NCBI GenBank assembly: GCA_024704765.1
Contig: JAKMXF010000314.1
Location: forward strand, 62,001 to 126,000
Length of the DNA stretch: 64,000 nt
Reading direction: 5' to 3'
Source: Oopsacas minuta
Lineage: Eukaryota > Animalia > Porifera
The stretch's first letter is position 1. Every line of letters begins with the position of its first letter. A model generated the notes under the pieces. The model was not told the origin of the DNA. It saw only the letters and a program-made list of their open reading frames with translations, and did no database searches. Shown here piece by piece: positions 61,254 through 64,000 of this stretch. A program made the position numbers and the translations under genes.

Positions 61254-61618
61254 TACTAGCCGCAACGCCGCCCTCAGGGCGGTTTCTTCTCTTAGTTCCT
61301 GCGGAATGATTTTTCGGACCTTCGGCTGCACGATTGCCTTGGGAGTTTGCGAACGCTACGCGTGTTATACAAAGGGAGGAATGTGATTGACCAGCGTTGA
61401 CCAATCAGATTCTTTCGTAAATGCTTGGTATAAATGGGCGAGGTGTGAAAAATTCACATATCTTGTCCAAATTGGTTCGATTAGAAAAATAATTCTTACT
61501 TGGAAAGGTCGAGTAATACTTAGCCGACACAGAAAATTTGGTTCGAATCGGGCAAGGCATTTTTGAAAAAACGCTCGGACACACACACACATATATAATT
61601 TTTTGCATATATAAGGAT
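61254..61618 (+). mobile_element. Helentron/Helitron-associated non-autonomous element (HINE-like)
   Basis: Starts TACTAGC with a GC hairpin CCGCCC-TCA-GGGCGG; contains AAATTTGGTTCGAATCGG and an (AC)n tract; ends ATATATAAGGAT. Confidence 0.55.
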
Positions 61619-64000
61619 GGATAATATTTTCTCTATTTCTCAGATCGAGGGGTGAAATGCAGAGTATATTGAGTCGCGCAGAGAAAACCCATAAATAAGA
61701 TATTTAGAGGTTGTATACTGACGCTAAATTGTTACCCAAAGCAGTCGCGAACCCACCTAGCAAGAGAAGTGCGAACTCAATTCAAAGTACTAGTTGGATA
61801 TGCCTAATACCTTATGCATATGCGCTAATACTGAAGTGTAGGGACTCCATAGGTGCAAGCGCATAGCATAAAATATGATTCCTGATATGTTGAGCGTGCC
61901 ACAGGAGCTCTATGAAGATGAAATAATTACAATTATCACGAAATATATAAAATTTATTTGGCAAGCACACATAATCGGGGTGTAGAGCCAGTAAGGCGGG
62001 AGCTGAAATGTGTTTCTAACCTAAGTTAACAATTGCATCATATAAATTATATTCTGTAAATATTTGCAGGGACAAAACCAATGTTTGACAATTTGAATTA
62101 TGTCCCCTCATATTCTGGAGCGTGACAAGAGATTCCAAAACGAGGAGGCAGGGGTGAACAATTGCCTCAATACAATGGCGAGTACAATAGGGAGATGATA
62201 CAATACCCGAAAAAGCGAGGAGGTAGTTGCCTCCTCTGTATCGTGCAAGTTACGCCCTAGGTATTACGTAAACTAGAACAATACAACAGTACAGTAGTCA
62301 CATTACTATATATTTATTCACCTGTTAACAGCTAATACTTAGTCAGGTGAGGTTAGCTATCAGGAGAGTATTCCGATCAAGAGTGACAGGAACTAAAGGC
62401 TTCGGTATGTATATTGCTTGGGCCCTCTGGACATTATCCATATTGTCCAACAACAGTAACATTTTGCGAATTTCCTAGGCATTATGGAAAAAGCACAATT
62501 TTCATAATGTACATGCAAACTTGTGGAATTGTCATATCATCTTCAAATGATTTGATTTGATTTGTTTGAGATTTGATGAGATTTAGAGGGATATCATGCC
62601 TGGGGACGTTAATTAGACCGATTGGGTGCTCACAGTGGGTGTTTAAACAACCATTATCTTAGTTGTAATGCAAAATTCATTAGTGCTAGAAGGTGTACAG
62701 ACACCACAGTGGCGTCAGCCCTGAATATGATGGGATTTGAAAAGATTAGAATGAAATTGAAAGAGTTTGATTTGATTGAATTTGATTTGAAAGAAAATAT
62801 ACATCTAATTCACAACACTGTGTGAATGTGATACACTTTGAATTTGTTGTTTGGAAACTGAAACAGTGTATATTCCAGAATGAAGTTCATCTCTAATGGA
62901 AATTTGAAAATGATGATTTGGAATGTGAAATATTTGACGACATAGAGTGCCAGCTTTTGGCGCAGGCAAAACAAACAACCGCCTGGGTGCCTTGATTTAA
63001 GGGGCGAAAGATAGGGTCATTTTGCAGAAATTTCAGGATATAACTGCAAAGTATTCATAAAGGTACCTAAATTTTGTTTTAGATTGAAATACATATATTA
63101 GAGAATTGATTCAAAATAACATACTCAAAAAATATTTGTTAGAAAACATGAGCCGAAATGATACCTTTTGAATGGGGCGGCGAAAGAACTAAACCCGGCT
63201 CTGGCATATGCTATAAAAATATAGGCCCAAAAAATGTATAACCACATCACCTGAGAGCTTAGTACTAAAGTAATATAAAGCTGCAAATTGAGATGAAATC
63301 TGAACAATTTTCACAAACAAAATGTTCTTCTGATGTTCATAACTGAGGTGTCATTAATCTCAGTTCGAATAATAGAGGGTCTAATTTATAGGCGGGAAGT
63401 TGTCACAGCAGGTATTGTCCCCTTATGCGTCAATGGCATATGAGTGTGGCAATGAACAATAGTGATGTATTGAAGTATATATAGCAGTCTATAAAATGTC
63501 GGCTCGCTTTTCTCGCATCTTAACCTAGAAATCATATTACATCAGAAAAGTTTAAACCTTTATTGATCTCGTGCCCGGGGTCCTGGTATTGGAACTATGT
63601 ACACTTGAACTATATTTATATATTAATAGCTATGATCTATCAAAATTCTTGCTTGTAAAAGAAAGAAATTCACACAAATTATTATACTAAACAATATCCT
63701 TAGGTGAACCTGTAAAAATGGCCAGTCGAAGGACTCGGAGTGCAGCTCAGGCAGCTGGGTCATATTTCCAAACAATATTTACTATTGAAACGTGATTAAT
63801 CTGCATATAAATCTAAAGGAAAATAAGAAACTGCACACCACTAAATATGCAATTGTAAAACCTGGCAAAACGACGAATACTTGAATAAGCATATGATAAC
63901 ATACTCGAAAATCTATTAGACTATGTTAGATAGCATTGTACTGACAAAAACGGTAAAAATATTCCTGGTAAGATCTCCTCAAGCCACACATATTGCATCA

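Noticed and set aside
56410-64000. Candidate 5' CYB5D1 exons (e.g. ~58400, ~60260-60440, ~62080)
   Set aside because: None gives the expected YFTP.EV..HN / GQDISHWF sequence in an open frame with splice sites.

Overview
AT-rich eukaryotic DNA, most likely an invertebrate animal. The transposon repertoire is reminiscent of early-branching metazoans such as sponges, but the species cannot be determined from the sequence. Only two host genes are supportable, both motile-cilium genes on the minus strand: an intact intronless DNAL1 (1027-1614) and two exons of CYB5D1 (56187-56405 and 41255-41482). The CYB5D1 exons are absent from the ORF track, are separated by a 14.7-kb intron, and the 5' exons were not found in this window. 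The rest is a dense, nested collection of DNA transposons: Harbinger, Chapaev, hAT (Buster type plus MITEs), two MULEs (one ending in a RING finger), a near-intact THAP P element and a P-related foldback, four Tc1/mariner copies (two mariner remnants, one DD37E, one DD37D/maT), pogo-like and Helentron-like non-autonomous elements, a decayed tyrosine-recombinase element present as a near-identical inverted duplication, and a 7-exon Ginger-type integrase gene fused to a USP-like cysteine protease. The strongest unannotated signal is a GC-rich ~230-bp non-coding repeat present twice (47949-48178 +, 53585-53817 -). Each copy contains a 53-nt type III hammerhead ribozyme motif, with a compensatory base-pair change between the copies. 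One lies just 3' of the Ginger gene; the other is in sense orientation inside the CYB5D1 intron. No rRNA, tRNA or CRISPR array is seen.
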